A stretch of DNA of 64,000 nt from Nitrospirota bacterium (GCA_963741205.1 CAVUHW010000028.1:49315-113314), one strand, 5' to 3'. Shown: positions 47,227-58,746, counted from the first letter of the stretch. Numbers and translations are program-made. The notes: generated by a model not told the origin, from the sequence alone.

Positions 47227-49158
47227 TTAGTAGACGCCGATCACCTTCCCCATCTCCGACACGTCATACCCGCCCATGGCGACGATCTGCTCGCGGAACT
47301 CTTTGTCGCCGCGGATGATCCCGAGCAGGGCTTGCATCATCGGCGTATCATAAAATTCCCGGGGGACGGCGAGGTCGTATCGCTCTTGCGCCACGGGGAC
47401 GAAGTCGAGGTCAAGCGCCTGCGCCGCCGACAGCACCCCGAGCCCCGTGTCCGCGGCGCCTGAAACCACGGCCGCGGCCACTGCCATGTGGGTAAATTCC
47501 TCGTGATCATACCCTTTTACGTCCTTCGGGTCAATGTTCAAGTTTTTGAGATAGAGGTCCGTCAGAAGCCGCGTACCCGCGCCTGCCTGGCGGTTCACGA
47601 AGACGACCTCCGGCCTCGCAAGATCCGCGAACCCCCGTATGTTTTTGGGATTGCCTCTCGGTACGATGAATCCCTGGGTCCGGTAGACGAGGTTCACGAG
47701 CACGGTCCGCGTTTCAGGGAGCATTTTTTTTATATAGCTTACGTTATACTCGCCCGTCTCTTCATCGAGCAGGTGCGTCCCCGCAAGATGCGCCTCCCCG
47801 CGCTTGAGCGCCAGGAGTCCGCCCATGCTGCCCACGTGCGCAGACGAGAGAGAAAGTTCCGGATGCCTTTTCTTGAGAAAGTTCGCGAGCACATCGAGGG
47901 CGTTGTCGTGAGAGCCGATGCAGACGATGGTGTTCTCGATATCGCGGCCGGCGCGAAGCAGTTCCACGGTCACCTCGTGTCCCCCGGCGATGCCCTCGCT
48001 CCGGGCAGGTACGCGGATGACGCCGTCCGCGCGAACGAGCGACATGAGAGCGCCCGCGCCGCGCGTTACGGGAGTAGCGATAAGATTCCCGGCAACGCTT
48101 CCGAGCTTGACGCGGATGAACTCTTCCTGTCCGAGCGATGATGCCACCTGCCTGCTGAGCTTTGCCGTGATCGTCCCTGAATCAGGCGGTTTGATCCCGA
48201 GAAGTTCGTAGATGAGCGGCTTGACGAAGAGGTTGAAGGTAAGGGCGGCGGACACCGGATATCCCGGAATGCCGATGACGGGTTTGCCCTGCACGATCCC
48301 GAGGATGACCGGCTTGCCCGGCTTGATCGAGACCCCGTGCACGATGACGTTGCCGAGACCTGCGATCACGTCCGCGGTAAAATCCTCCCTGCCTGCAGAC
48401 GAGCCCGCGTTGATCACGACAAGATCGGACTCTGCGAGCGAATCGACGATCCTGTTTTTCAGAAGAGACGCGTCGTCTTTCACGATGTCTTTGCGAACTG
48501 CATGGGCGCCGCATTCGGAGGCCATGGCGGAAAGCATGGTCGAGTTGAAATCAATGATGTCGCCTTTTTTGAGCGCGCTGCCCGGCTCAACCAGCTCCGT
48601 TCCCGTGGGGATGATCGAGACGACGGGCCTGCGGCGGACCATGACCGTTGCATGGCCGCTCGCGATCATCGCGGCCATGTCCACGGGACGTATCACTTGG
48701 TTCTCGGATATGATCAGCTCCGTGGCGACGATGTCCTCGCCCACCAGACGCACGTGCTGCCACGGCGTTGCGGGCTTCAATATCTCGATCTCGGTATCAG
48801 AAATCTTTTCCACATCCTCGATCATGATCACGGCATCGAAACCGTCGGGTACGGGATCGCCCGTGTCGATGGCCACGGCCTGAGAAGGCGTTTTGAGACG
48901 CTTGGGCTTCGTCTCGGAGGCGCCGAAGGTGTCGATGAACCGGACGGCGTAGCCGTCCATGGCGGCGGAATGGTAAAAGGGCGAGGATATCTTTGCGATC
49001 ACCGCTTCAGACGTAACGCGCCCTAATGCATCGCCCACGGGAATGCGCTCACCGGGAAGAGGCCCGCCGATATTCGCGGCTTTTAATGCATCGTCATACT
49101 TTTGAATCGCTTCCGCGAGAGGTTGGTTGTCGAGATATTTTTTTTGTTTGAATGCCAT
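47227..49158 (-). CDS. MoeA fused to a PBP-like substrate-binding domain
   Basis: AMDGYAV, PTGTEL, IKPGKP, GIPGYP, then GSHD, VGSMGGL, FVNRQAGAGTR. Confidence 0.93.
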   Translation of the reverse strand: MAFKQKKYLDNQPLAEAIQKYDDALKAANIGGPLPGERIPVGDALGRVTSEAVIAKISSPFYHSAAMDGYAVRFIDTFGASETKPKRLKTPSQAVAIDTGDPVPDGFDAVIMIEDVEKISDTEIEILKPATPWQHVRLVGEDIVATELIISENQVIRPVDMAAMIASGHATVMVRRRPVVSIIPTGTELVEPGSALKKGDIIDFNSTMLSAMASECGAHAVRKDIVKDDASLLKNRIVDSLAESDLVVINAGSSAGREDFTADVIAGLGNVIVHGVSIKPGKPVILGIVQGKPVIGIPGYPVSAALTFNLFVKPLIYELLGIKPPDSGTITAKLSRQVASSLGQEEFIRVKLGSVAGNLIATPVTRGAGALMSLVRADGVIRVPARSEGIAGGHEVTVELLRAGRDIENTIVCIGSHDNALDVLANFLKKRHPELSLSSAHVGSMGGLLALKRGEAHLAGTHLLDEETGEYNVSYIKKMLPETRTVLVNLVYRTQGFIVPRGNPKNIRGFADLARPEVVFVNRQAGAGTRLLTDLYLKNLNIDPKDVKGYDHEEFTHMAVAAAVVSGAADTGLGVLSAAQALDLDFVPVAQERYDLAVPREFYDTPMMQALLGIIRGDKEFREQIVAMGGYDVSEMGKVIGVY

Positions 49159-49200
49159 GATTGTTTAATGTTTCTATTCGGCGATCCGCTTCCGCACGTC

Positions 49201-50481
49201 TCAAAACAGCCGCACTTCCACGTCTTCCCCTACTTCGATCCCGATCTTGTTGACCGGCACAACTACCGTCCCTACGGCCTTTACGAGCGTGCTGATGAGG
49301 CCCGATGCGCCGAAAATCGGCCGCGCCCAAAGGCCGTCAGTTCTTTTCTCCAGCATCACGCGCACGTGGTCCTCACGGCCCGGGCTGGACGGGATGCTTC
49401 GCGCGAGCCGGGCTTGGACCACGCGATACGAAGATACCCCCTCGAGCGCAGGATCAAGCGCCTCGCCGGTCAAACGAACAAGCTCCGGTTTTGCAAATAG
49501 CTCAAAGCAGATGCTGACCGCGGCCGGATGGCCCGGCAGCCCGAATACGGGCACTTGTCTTGATGAAGCGCCAACCAGCCCCACAACCAGAGGTTTGCCC
49601 GGTTTGATCGAAACACCGTGAATAAGCACGCCCGGCTGACCCGCGGCATTGATCACCTTCGCCGTCAAATCAGCGGTTCCGACGGAGCTGCCGCCGGTCA
49701 TCAGAATGAGGGCGCAGTCCTTGATCGCCGCTTCAAGTGTTTCCCGCAGCCGGGCGAAGTCGTCAGGGATGATCCCTTTCTTTACAGGCACGCCGCCCGC
49801 TTGCGTTATCAAACCTTCCAGATTATAGGAGTTGCTGTCGCGTATTTGACCGGGAGCGGGGACGTTGTCCGCAGGCACAATTTCATTGCCCGTTGATATG
49901 ATCGCGACCCTCGGCCTTTCGAAAACCTTGATGCGGGTGATGCCGACAGCGGCTAAAGCCGACATGTCCTGCGGACGCATCCGGTGTCCCCGGGAAAGTA
50001 TGACCTCGCCCCTTCTGATATCGTCGCCCGCCTGGACCATGTTCTCGAGAGGCGCAACCGCCTTCACCACCTCGATGCTCGCTTCGTCTACGGGCTGGGT
50101 CTGTTCGAACATCACAATAGCGTCCGCGCCAGCCGGGAGCGCCCCCCCGGTGGCGATCTTCATCGCCTCGCCTTTGGCTATTCCGCGTTCCGGCATGGTC
50201 CCCATCAAGATATCACCGACGACCTTCAGAAAAGCCGGCCGCGATTCCGCGGCGCCGAAGGTGTCGGCGCTCCTGACTGCGTAGCCGTCCATGGTGGAAC
50301 GGTTGAATTCGGGAAGATCCGATGGGGAAGCAATATCGGACGCAAGGACGCGTCCGAGAGCGGCGCTGATGGAAACCTCTTCAGCGGCGGGCTCGGGCAG
50401 GACGAAATGCTCGTCCAGGATCCTGAGCGCATCCTCGCGGGAAACGACGCCGCTCCTGCCGAGCATGTCTTTAACGGTCAT
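49201..50481 (-). CDS. moeA: Molybdopterin molybdotransferase
   Basis: RSTMDGYAV, IATGGALP, STGNE, TGGSSVG, IKPGKP, GLPGHP. Confidence 0.95.
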   Translation of the reverse strand: MTVKDMLGRSGVVSREDALRILDEHFVLPEPAAEEVSISAALGRVLASDIASPSDLPEFNRSTMDGYAVRSADTFGAAESRPAFLKVVGDILMGTMPERGIAKGEAMKIATGGALPAGADAIVMFEQTQPVDEASIEVVKAVAPLENMVQAGDDIRRGEVILSRGHRMRPQDMSALAAVGITRIKVFERPRVAIISTGNEIVPADNVPAPGQIRDSNSYNLEGLITQAGGVPVKKGIIPDDFARLRETLEAAIKDCALILMTGGSSVGTADLTAKVINAAGQPGVLIHGVSIKPGKPLVVGLVGASSRQVPVFGLPGHPAAVSICFELFAKPELVRLTGEALDPALEGVSSYRVVQARLARSIPSSPGREDHVRVMLEKRTDGLWARPIFGASGLISTLVKAVGTVVVPVNKIGIEVGEDVEVRLF

Positions 50482-50627
50482 GAAAATTCCTCATGAAATC
50501 TCAAATTCTCATATCGAAACTCTCAACAAATCACCCGAATCACATGGATAAAATTCGAATCACTTTTGGAATTGTATTTGGGATTTGGCCAGTATTGAGT
50601 ACTTCGGATTTAGAATTTAGCGCTTGC

Positions 50628-51560
50628 TTACTTCCCCGCCGCCTTCGTCTTGATCTTACGCACGTAGGACGCCGCGCGCATGCCGGCGACCGAACCCTCG
50701 CCGGCCGCCGCGATGATCTGCATACCGCCGCAGGTGCAATCGCCGGCGGCGAACACGCCTTCGAGGTTCATTCGCTGGTGTTTGTCGACAATCAGGCAGC
50801 CCCGATCGTCGGTCAGCCCTCCCGCCTTCAGGATGAGCTGCGATATGGGCGTCGAGCCCATGGCGATGAAGACCCCTTCGAGCGGCAGCACTTCTTCCGC
50901 GCCGTTGCGGCTGATCTTGAGGCCGGTGACCAGTTCATCGCCCACGACTGCATGGATCTTCGCCGTTGGAAGGATCTCCACGTTCTTCTTGGATTTAAGC
51001 CGCGCCATGACCGCGTTTACGATATCGAGTTCCTTGTGCGGGACCATGGTCACCTTTTCGGCGAGGTCGGCGAGATGGAGTGCCTCCTCGGCAGTCTCGT
51101 TGTCCGATCCGACAACGGCCACCTTCCGCCCCTTGAAGAAGTTGCCGTCGCAGGTCGCGCAGTAGGACACGCCTTTACCGAGGTATTCCTTGGCGCCCGG
51201 TACCTCGAGTTTTTTCCTGGCCACCCCGATCGAGATGATCACGACGTGACCTTCATATACTTCGTCCCGGGTGCGTACGCGCTTGACTTCTCCCTTGAGT
51301 TCCATGTCCACTACTTCGACAGGATAGACGATCGTGGCGCCGAACTTTTCGGCCTGTTTTGCCATGATCTGCGTAAGATCCATACCGTTGATGGTCTCGT
51401 AGCCGGGATAATTCTCAATGTGGGCGATCTTGGCGGTGTAGCCGCCGACGAAATCCTTTTCGAGCACCACGCACTTCTGGCCCGCGCGTCCGAGATAGAG
51501 CGCGGCAGTGAGGCCCGCGGGGCCCGAACCGATGATGATTGCGTCAAAGACCTGTGCCAT
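50628..51560 (-). CDS. trxB: Thioredoxin reductase
   Basis: GSGPAG, IENYPG, GVSYCATCDG, FAAGD. Confidence 0.9.
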   Translation of the reverse strand: MAQVFDAIIIGSGPAGLTAALYLGRAGQKCVVLEKDFVGGYTAKIAHIENYPGYETINGMDLTQIMAKQAEKFGATIVYPVEVVDMELKGEVKRVRTRDEVYEGHVVIISIGVARKKLEVPGAKEYLGKGVSYCATCDGNFFKGRKVAVVGSDNETAEEALHLADLAEKVTMVPHKELDIVNAVMARLKSKKNVEILPTAKIHAVVGDELVTGLKISRNGAEEVLPLEGVFIAMGSTPISQLILKAGGLTDDRGCLIVDKHQRMNLEGVFAAGDCTCGGMQIIAAAGEGSVAGMRAASYVRKIKTKAAGK

Positions 51561-51807
51561 GCCTGTTACCTCCCTGGTGTAATTGACAAGCTCATTTTAT
51601 CCAAGCCGATGGAACAAGTCAACAGAGGATTAAAGCTCCCCGGCGCAAGATCCGGGGAAACTTCGATCCGTTACGGTTTGAACGAGCATCATATACGCCC
51701 GCTCCGCTCGCTCCGGAATTCAGCGGCGCCAGTGAAGGGCGTTGTCCCGCTCTTGCAATGAACGTGACGCATCGTGTAATATTACGAACGAATGAGAGGG
51801 AGGGACT

Positions 51808-51981
51808 ATGAACCGGGAGAAGATGATCGAAGCGATACGGGCAGCGGCGGTAAACGACCGCCTCACTTGCGAAATGGCGCATGAACTTTCCAACTCACTG
51901 AACGTCCCGCTTCGGGAGATCGGCGCGCTCTGCAACGAATTGAAGATCAAGATTTCCGCTTGCCAGCTCGGCTGTTTTTGA
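51808..51981 (+). CDS. 57-aa Cys-containing small protein (absent from the ORF track)
   Basis: GGAGG RBS; MNREKMIEAIRAAAVNDRLTCEMAHELSNSLNVPLREIGALCNELKIKISACQLGCF*. Confidence 0.8.
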   Translation: MNREKMIEAIRAAAVNDRLTCEMAHELSNSLNVPLREIGALCNELKIKISACQLGCF

Positions 51982-51987
51982 AGCTAT

Positions 51988-53130
51988 TCAGTTCCCGTTG
52001 TGCTCCGGGTCGAACGTTACGCCGGGCATGCTGTAAGAGTCGCAGTAAGAGGTCACCCGGTTCTTACCCAGCGTCTTCGAGCGGTAAAGGGCAATATCGG
52101 CTTCATGGATCAGTTGGGGGGTCGGCTTCATGTTTCCCGCCTCCATTGTGGAGACGCCGAGACTGACGGTCACCTTTTCGTAGGGATGGGCGACCTTGAC
52201 CGTAAACGGATAGTCGTCAACGGATTTTCGAACGCGTTCGGCAACTGCCAGCGCTTCTTCAATATCGGTCTCCGCCAGGAGGATGGAAAATTCCTCCCCT
52301 CCGTAACGGAAGCAGGTGTCCGTACTGCCGGTCCGGCACGCCGCTTTGAGCAACGGCCCCATCTGGGCGATGAGCCTGCTGCCCTCGAGATGACCGTAGC
52401 GGTCGTTGATGCGTTTGAAATCATCGATATCGATCATGATGAAGGAGAACTCCCTGCCGGTGCGCACCTTTCTGCGGATCTCCTCTTCCAGCTTTTCGAT
52501 CAGGACCCGGTAATTGAGCAGGCCGGTCAACTCGTCGATGCGGGACAACTCAAGCGTCTTTTTGAACAGCTCGGCTTTTTCCAAACCGGCGGAGATCAGG
52601 TGGGATAAGGTCCGAAGGAGATCAAAGTCCTCAACCCGGAAAGCGGCGGTCTTGCTGTGGCTGAAACCCATCACGCCGATGATGCGGTTTTCGTTCTTGA
52701 GCGGGATCCCGATGTAACTGCCGTGTTCCTTGCGCTCATCGGGGTGGTGGAAAAAGCTGTCGAAGAGCGCGGTGTCATCCAGAAAGAACGGTTCGCCGCC
52801 TGCCGCGATCGTTCCCGGCGCCCCGTTATCAAAAAAAATCGCCTCCGCCATCCGGGACTGAAGGAGCGGATTGTGAAAATATATCGGCTCGAGGCCGGTA
52901 AGATCTTTTTTTACGAGATAGACCGAGGCGTCTTCAAAAATTACGGTCTTGCCGATGGTGGCTATGATCTTCTGAATGAGTTCGGTGGGTTCCAACTCGG
53001 ACGCGATGATCCGCCCCACTTCATAGAAAAGGTGGGTCTCCGTCAGTTTTCTGTAAAATAAATTTTTGAAGTCCCGCTCCGGAGCAGCGCTGCTGACCTT
53101 TTTCCCTTTTATTGTTTTCTGTTTGGTCAT
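51988..53130 (-). CDS. GAF-GGDEF diguanylate cyclase
   Basis: GAF (YIGIPL...IIGVM), DELTGL, DIDDFKRINDRYGH, RYGGEEF. Confidence 0.93.
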   Translation of the reverse strand: MTKQKTIKGKKVSSAAPERDFKNLFYRKLTETHLFYEVGRIIASELEPTELIQKIIATIGKTVIFEDASVYLVKKDLTGLEPIYFHNPLLQSRMAEAIFFDNGAPGTIAAGGEPFFLDDTALFDSFFHHPDERKEHGSYIGIPLKNENRIIGVMGFSHSKTAAFRVEDFDLLRTLSHLISAGLEKAELFKKTLELSRIDELTGLLNYRVLIEKLEEEIRRKVRTGREFSFIMIDIDDFKRINDRYGHLEGSRLIAQMGPLLKAACRTGSTDTCFRYGGEEFSILLAETDIEEALAVAERVRKSVDDYPFTVKVAHPYEKVTVSLGVSTMEAGNMKPTPQLIHEADIALYRSKTLGKNRVTSYCDSYSMPGVTFDPEHNGN

Positions 53131-53283
53131 CTCCCACCTTTGCGGGCATATTCGAACCGCTCAGAATATTATTTTCAATATATCACACTTTTATTTTCCA
53201 CACCACAATTATTTTTTCTGGTTTCATTCCAACAATCCAATACGTTGCACAAACCTGTGCATGACGATGTCCGTAAACGACAC

Positions 53284-53316
53284 AAAAAAAGGGCGACCTC
53301 AAGTCGAGGTCGCACC
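53284..53316 (-). terminator. Intrinsic terminator after clpB
   Basis: GCGACCTC-N5-GAGGTCGC stem followed by U7 on the minus strand. Confidence 0.7.
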
Positions 53317-53333
53317 GTGGATGGATTATGGAT

Positions 53334-55938
53334 TTACGAGGCGGCGCCGACCGCAACATCCGCTGCCCTGAATATAAGGCGCCGGTCATTGCGGTCCACG
53401 ACTACCCGAGACCCTTCCTTCACTTCCCCTGCGAGGATTTTCGCCGCGAGCGGATTAAGAACATCCCGCTGGATCACCCGTTTGAGCGGCCGCGCGCCAT
53501 ACACGAGGTCGAAGCCCTCTTCGGCGAGGAGCTCTTTTGCGCCCTCGGTCAGCTCGATCTCGATCTTCCGGTCGGCCAGCCGCTTCTGCACGAGCCCCAC
53601 CTGGATGGTGACGATCTGCTTCAGCACCTCCGCGTCAAGGGGATGGAAGATGACCATATCGTCGACCCGGTTCAGGAATTCGGGCCGGAATTGCTGGCGC
53701 ATCGCTTCTGTCACACGCCGACGCATCTCCTCCTCGTCATTCCGAAGGTCCTGGATGAAAGAGCTCCCGACGTTCGAGGTCATGATCACAACGGTGTTCT
53801 TGAAATCCACGGTCCGTCCCTGTCCGTCGGTCAGCCGGCCGTCATCGAGAAGCTGGAGCAGAACATTGAACACCTCGGGGTGCGCCTTTTCAATCTCATC
53901 GAAGAGGATCACCGCGTAGGGACGTCTTCTCACCGCCTCGGTAAGCTGCCCGCCCTCCTCATAACCCACGTATCCGGGAGGCGCGCCTATGAGCCGCGAC
54001 ACGGTGTGGCGCTCCTGGTATTCGGACATGTCGATGCGGATCATTGCCTGCTCGTCATCGAAGAGAAACTCGGCGAGCGCCCGTGCGAGTTCGGTCTTGC
54101 CTACGCCCGTGGGTCCCATGAAGATGAAACTGCCGATGGGCCGGTTCGGATCCTGAATCCCCGCCCGCGCCCTGCGCACGGCGTTGGCCACCACGGTGAT
54201 GGCTTCATCCTGGCCCACAACGCGCTTGCGGAGACGTTCTTCCATGTGCAGCAGTTTCTGCATCTCGCCTTCGAGCATCCGGGTGACCGGAATGCCCGTC
54301 CATTTGGACACGATTTCCGCCACGTCCTCCTCATCCACTTCTTCCTTCAGGATCTTCGCCTGCGACTGGACGGCGGCGAGTTTCGCCGATGAGCTTTCGA
54401 GCTGTTTCTGGAGTTCCAACAGTTTCCCGTATCTCAGTTCCGCGGCGCGCCCCAGATTGCCTTCGCGCTCCGCCTTTTCCGCTTCGGTCCTCGTCTGTTC
54501 TATCTGTTCCTTAACGAGCCTGATGCTCTGGATTCCTTCTTTTTCCGACTGCCACTGGATTTTGAGGCCCTTCCGTTTTTCCGAGAGTTCAGCAATTTCG
54601 CTCTCGATTTTGGCCAACCGCTCCCGCGATGCGGGGTCCTGCTCTTTTTTTACCGCCTCGCGCTCTATTTCGAGCTGCCTGATCCGGCGCTCGACTTCGT
54701 CAAGCTCTATGGGCATGCTGTCGATCTCCATCCGGAGCCTCGATGCTGCCTCGTCGATCAGGTCGATGGCCTTATCCGGCAAAAAACGGTCCGCAATGTA
54801 GCGGTGTGACAGGATTGCAGCGCTCACGAGCGCGGAGTCCTTGATCTTGACGCCGTGATGTATTTCGTAGCGTTCCTTCAGACCTCGGAGGATCGAGATG
54901 GTGTCCTCCACGGAGGGTTCCCGTACCAGCACGGGCTGGAACCTCCGCTCGAGGGCCGGGTCCTTTTCGATATGCTTGCGGTATTCATTGATCGTCGTAG
55001 CGCCCACGCACCGAAGCTCACCGCGGGCAAGCGCCGGCTTCAGCATGTTCGACGCGTCCATCGCCCCTTCCGCCGCTCCGGCCCCTACCACGGTGTGGAG
55101 TTCGTCGATAAAAAGGATCACCTCTCCGCTCGCTTCGGTCACTTCTTTCAAGACGGCCTTGAGCCGGTCCTCGAATTCGCCGCGGTACTTGGCCCCGGCG
55201 ATGAGCGCTCCCATGTCAAGGGCCACGACCCGCTTGTTCTTCAGTCCTTCCGGGACGTCTCCGGAGACAATCCGCTGCGCGAGCCCCTCGACGATCGCGG
55301 TCTTGCCGACGCCCGGTTCGCCTATCAGAACGGGGTTGTTCTTGGTCCTTCGCGACAGGACCTGCACCACGCGGCGAATCTCCTCATCCCTGCCGATCAC
55401 GGGGTCGAGCTTCCCCCGCCGGGCCACGTCGGTAAGGTCCCTTCCGTATCGGGTCAGCGCTTGGTATTTGTCCTCCGGATTCTGGTCCGTCACGCGCTGG
55501 CTCCCCCGGATATCGACGAGGACCGTGAAAATCTTGTCTTTCGTTACCCCGTGGCGGGCCAGGAGTCTCATGTGCGACACCGTCGCCGTCGGCGGCCGCA
55601 ATCAGAAGGTGTTCCGTGCTCACGTATTCATCCTTCAGCCGCTCCGCCTCCTGCTCCGCCCGTTCGAAGAGCTTGCCAAGCCGCGGGGAGAGATAGGTCT
55701 GTACCAGGCCCTCAACCTTCGGCAACCTGTTCAAAGCCTCTTCTATGTCCCCTTTGATACGGCTGGGGTCGGCTCCGAGTTTCTTCAGCAGGGGCAGCAC
55801 TACGCCGTCCGTCTGTTCCAAAAGCGCGAGAAGAAGATGTTCCACTTCGATATTCTGATTATGGCGTTTCGCGGCTATTTCCTGGGCCGCCTGCAAGGCC
55901 TCTGTCGCTTTTAGAGTCAATTTGTCAAACCGAGCCAT
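53334..55938 (-). CDS. clpB: ClpB disaggregase (frameshift near 55585)
   Basis: [23 protein letters not shown], long middle domain, [16 protein letters not shown]. Confidence 0.96.
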
Positions 55939-56061
55939 GGTTTCCTCCTTCTCCAAAGCTGAACGACGGACGATAGACGACCGCTCACTTCGTTCGCTAG
56001 GACGATGGACGCAAAAAGCCTTTGCGTCACCTTCGTCCTTCTCGTCCCTCATCCTTCTACC

Positions 56062-56442
56062 TCATCCCTCGTCCCTTATAATTCTTATCCTTCTCACCGG
56101 AACCAGGGCGTTCCTCATTTCTTCCCTGCGCCTGATCTCACGGGCAAGCTCCTCGCGAAGCTGAAGAATCGTTTCCTCCATCTCACGCTGCATTTGTTCC
56201 ATCTTCTCGCGCATCGAGAGGATCACCTCGACACCCGCGAGGTTGACGCCGAGCTCCCGGGTCAGCCTCAGGATCATTTCGAGTTTCTCGACGTCTTCTT
56301 CGGAATAGAGACGCGTGTTCCCCACGCTCCGCTTCGGTTTGATGAAACCCTCACGCTCATAGAGCCTCAGGGTCTGCGGATGAATGCCGAGCATCTCAGA
56401 TACCACGCTGATCATAAACAATCTGTGTTCACGCGCCGCCAT
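56062..56442 (-). CDS. hspR: HspR-type MerR family heat-shock repressor
   Basis: ISVVSEMLGIHPQTLRLYEREG, RLYS, GVNLAG; located between dnaJ and clpB. Confidence 0.88.
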   Translation of the reverse strand: MAAREHRLFMISVVSEMLGIHPQTLRLYEREGFIKPKRSVGNTRLYSEEDVEKLEMILRLTRELGVNLAGVEVILSMREKMEQMQREMEETILQLREELAREIRRREEMRNALVPVRRIRIIRDEG

Positions 56443-56568
56443 TGGATACCTCACTGCGATTCACGATGGACATGAGCGATAATTCGCGACTGCGACGATG
56501 GACGAACAGCTGTCTTCGTCGCTCGTCTGTCGTTCGTCGTCCATTTCGCACTCGCCTCATTACGTCCT

Positions 56569-57708
56569 TCATCTCTTCCTGAATCCCCTGAAGGTGATGT
56601 CCTTCCTCGGGTTGGACGGGTGCAACCGGTCGAGTTCTCTGAGAAGGTCCTTGCCCCCTTCAGACAGCCCTGTCGGCGTAACGACCTTGATCGTCACGTA
56701 GTGGTCCCCCACGCCTCCCCCTCCGAGATGAGGCACGCCCTTGCCTCGGAGCTTGAGCTGCTGGCCGGTCTGCACCCCGGCGGGCAACGAAAGCGAGACC
56801 ATTCCGTCGACTGTCGGGATCTCGATTTTTTCCCCCAGCGCGGCTTCCTTGATGGTAACGCCCGCTTCCGAATACAGGTTATCGCCTCTCCTCTCAAAAT
56901 AGGGGTGGGGTCGCACTTTGGTGACGATGTAGACATCGCCGGGGGGTCCGCCCTTTTCACCAGGCCCACCCATGCCCGCAACGCGCACCTTTGAACCGCT
57001 ATCAACACCCGGTGGAATCTTGACATTGATGCGCTCCGATTGCGGCACGATGCCCCGCCCGTTGCAGGTGCGGCAGGGATTGGGATTGATCGTTCCTTCC
57101 CCGCGGCAGGTTGGACAAGTCTGGGCTATTTGCATAAATCCCTTGCCCTGGGTCACTCTGCCCGATCCCATACAGGTGGGGCAGGTCCGGACGGATGTGC
57201 CGGGTTGTGCGCCTGATCCGCCGCAGACCGAACAGGTCACATCGCGCTGCAAATCGACCTGCATAGTCCTCCCGAAGATGGCATCCTCCAGGTCGACCTC
57301 GACGGAATAGTTTACGTCCTCGCCCTTTATCGGACCCTGTTGCCGCCGCGCCCCCTCACCGAAAATATTGCCGAAGATGTCCTCGAACCCGTGAACGCCG
57401 GAAAAATCAGCGCTCCGTCCAAACCCTGCAAATCCCTGTCCCGGCCCCTGCCCCCCTCCTTGTCCAAAGCCTTGTTCGAATGCTGCATGGCCGAACTGGT
57501 CATACTGCTGTCTTTTCTTCGCATCAGAAAGAACTTCATAAGCTTCGTTGAGTTCTTTGAACATCTGCTCAGATGACTTGTTCCCCGGATTAACGTCAGG
57601 ATGGTATTTTCTTGCAAGTTTCCTGAACGCTTTTTTTATGTCAGCCTCTGACGCAGTTTTGCTGATGCCGAGGACATCATAATAATCCCTTTTTGTCGTC
57701 GATCCCAT
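56569..57708 (-). CDS. dnaJ: DnaJ chaperone
   Basis: HPD J-domain, G/F region, four CxxCxGxG motifs. Confidence 0.96.
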   Translation of the reverse strand: MGSTTKRDYYDVLGISKTASEADIKKAFRKLARKYHPDVNPGNKSSEQMFKELNEAYEVLSDAKKRQQYDQFGHAAFEQGFGQGGGQGPGQGFAGFGRSADFSGVHGFEDIFGNIFGEGARRQQGPIKGEDVNYSVEVDLEDAIFGRTMQVDLQRDVTCSVCGGSGAQPGTSVRTCPTCMGSGRVTQGKGFMQIAQTCPTCRGEGTINPNPCRTCNGRGIVPQSERINVKIPPGVDSGSKVRVAGMGGPGEKGGPPGDVYIVTKVRPHPYFERRGDNLYSEAGVTIKEAALGEKIEIPTVDGMVSLSLPAGVQTGQQLKLRGKGVPHLGGGGVGDHYVTIKVVTPTGLSEGGKDLLRELDRLHPSNPRKDITFRGFRKR

Positions 57709-57737
57709 AATCGCCCCTCAAATATTATGACACCATC

Positions 57738-57767
57738 ATTATAAAATATGAGTGCTTAATTGTCAAG
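57738..57767 (-). promoter_or_regulatory. Consensus sigma70 promoter overlapped by a HAIR-like HspR operator
   Basis: TTGACA-17-TATAAT; TATGAGT-N7-TGTCAAG versus HAIR consensus CTTGAGT-N7-ACTCAAG. Confidence 0.8.
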
Positions 57768-57939
57768 TTTAAGATAAAAAAATTTTGCTGTTATTTAATT
57801 ATTGAATAAAATCCAAAAAAGGTAATATAGCGTACTAACAGGCACTATTATAAACATAATAATCCCACTCAAACTCATTAATAAACATAAAATTTAATTA
57901 TTTATCCCACATATTATTACTGATAAATTTTAGCAAAAG

Positions 57940-58621
57940 TTATTTATTAAGCCTGTCATGGACTTCCCGAGCTAATTCTCTGACTTCTATACTCGTAAAT
58001 CCCCCGTTCCTATATAACCATACTTCAGCTTGGTCCTGCATCAGGCTGTGAATCGTGCTTGCAACATCGTTAAAATTCCCGGAACCTAATCTCTCTCTCA
58101 GGATCAAAATCAGTTCCAGCGCGCGGATTCTCGCCATGGGATCCTGCCTCGGACAACCCGCGCTGGATGATCTCCTGATACGGGTTGATCATATCCGGAT
58201 GACTGTCTGCAATTCTCTTGAAAGCATAGAGGACGCCGGGCCTGAATACCGCTTCTTCGATAGAGAAGACCTCTGCTATGAGCGGCACGATATCGCAAAA
58301 TCTTTTCGGGTCGGCGCTCGCAATTTCTCCGAGCAGCTCAGGTGCTGACCATCCGATACCGCCCGACTCGTCTGTCAAGGACCATAACAACCTCCGGACA
58401 GTCTCTCTCAGAAAATCATAATTGTTCCTGACGAGTACCGATGCTGCATGCCCGGTCGCGATGATAGCCCGCCAGCCTACAAGAGTTTCCTTGTCATAGG
58501 CAAGACGCACGAGCACGCTCAGTACTTTCCTGCTCATAAGGGTAAGCCTGTGGACCGTCTCGAATTCATTCGATTCGAGGGCCGTCACGATGGTTTGCTT
58601 CATTTGTTGTTGAGTAAGCAT
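57940..58621 (-). CDS. DVU0298-like HEAT/PBS-repeat protein (frameshifted)
   Basis: RRLLWSLTDESGGIGWSAPELLGEI motif. Confidence 0.8.
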
Positions 58622-58746
58622 TGATTGCCCCTTCCCCGTGCAGTTGTCCCTCCAAAGATAAGCACCCTCTCCCTTTTTCCCTCTTCCACCGGGGGAGAGA
58701 GGCAGGGGTGTGGGGCGTTGTATTGGCTACAGGAGGTTGACTGAAT

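Noticed and set aside
57770-57940. Very AT-rich stretch as a possible replication origin
   Set aside because: Only one imperfect DnaA-box-like sequence (TTATCCCAC) and no dnaA/dnaN nearby; more simply promoter-upstream DNA.
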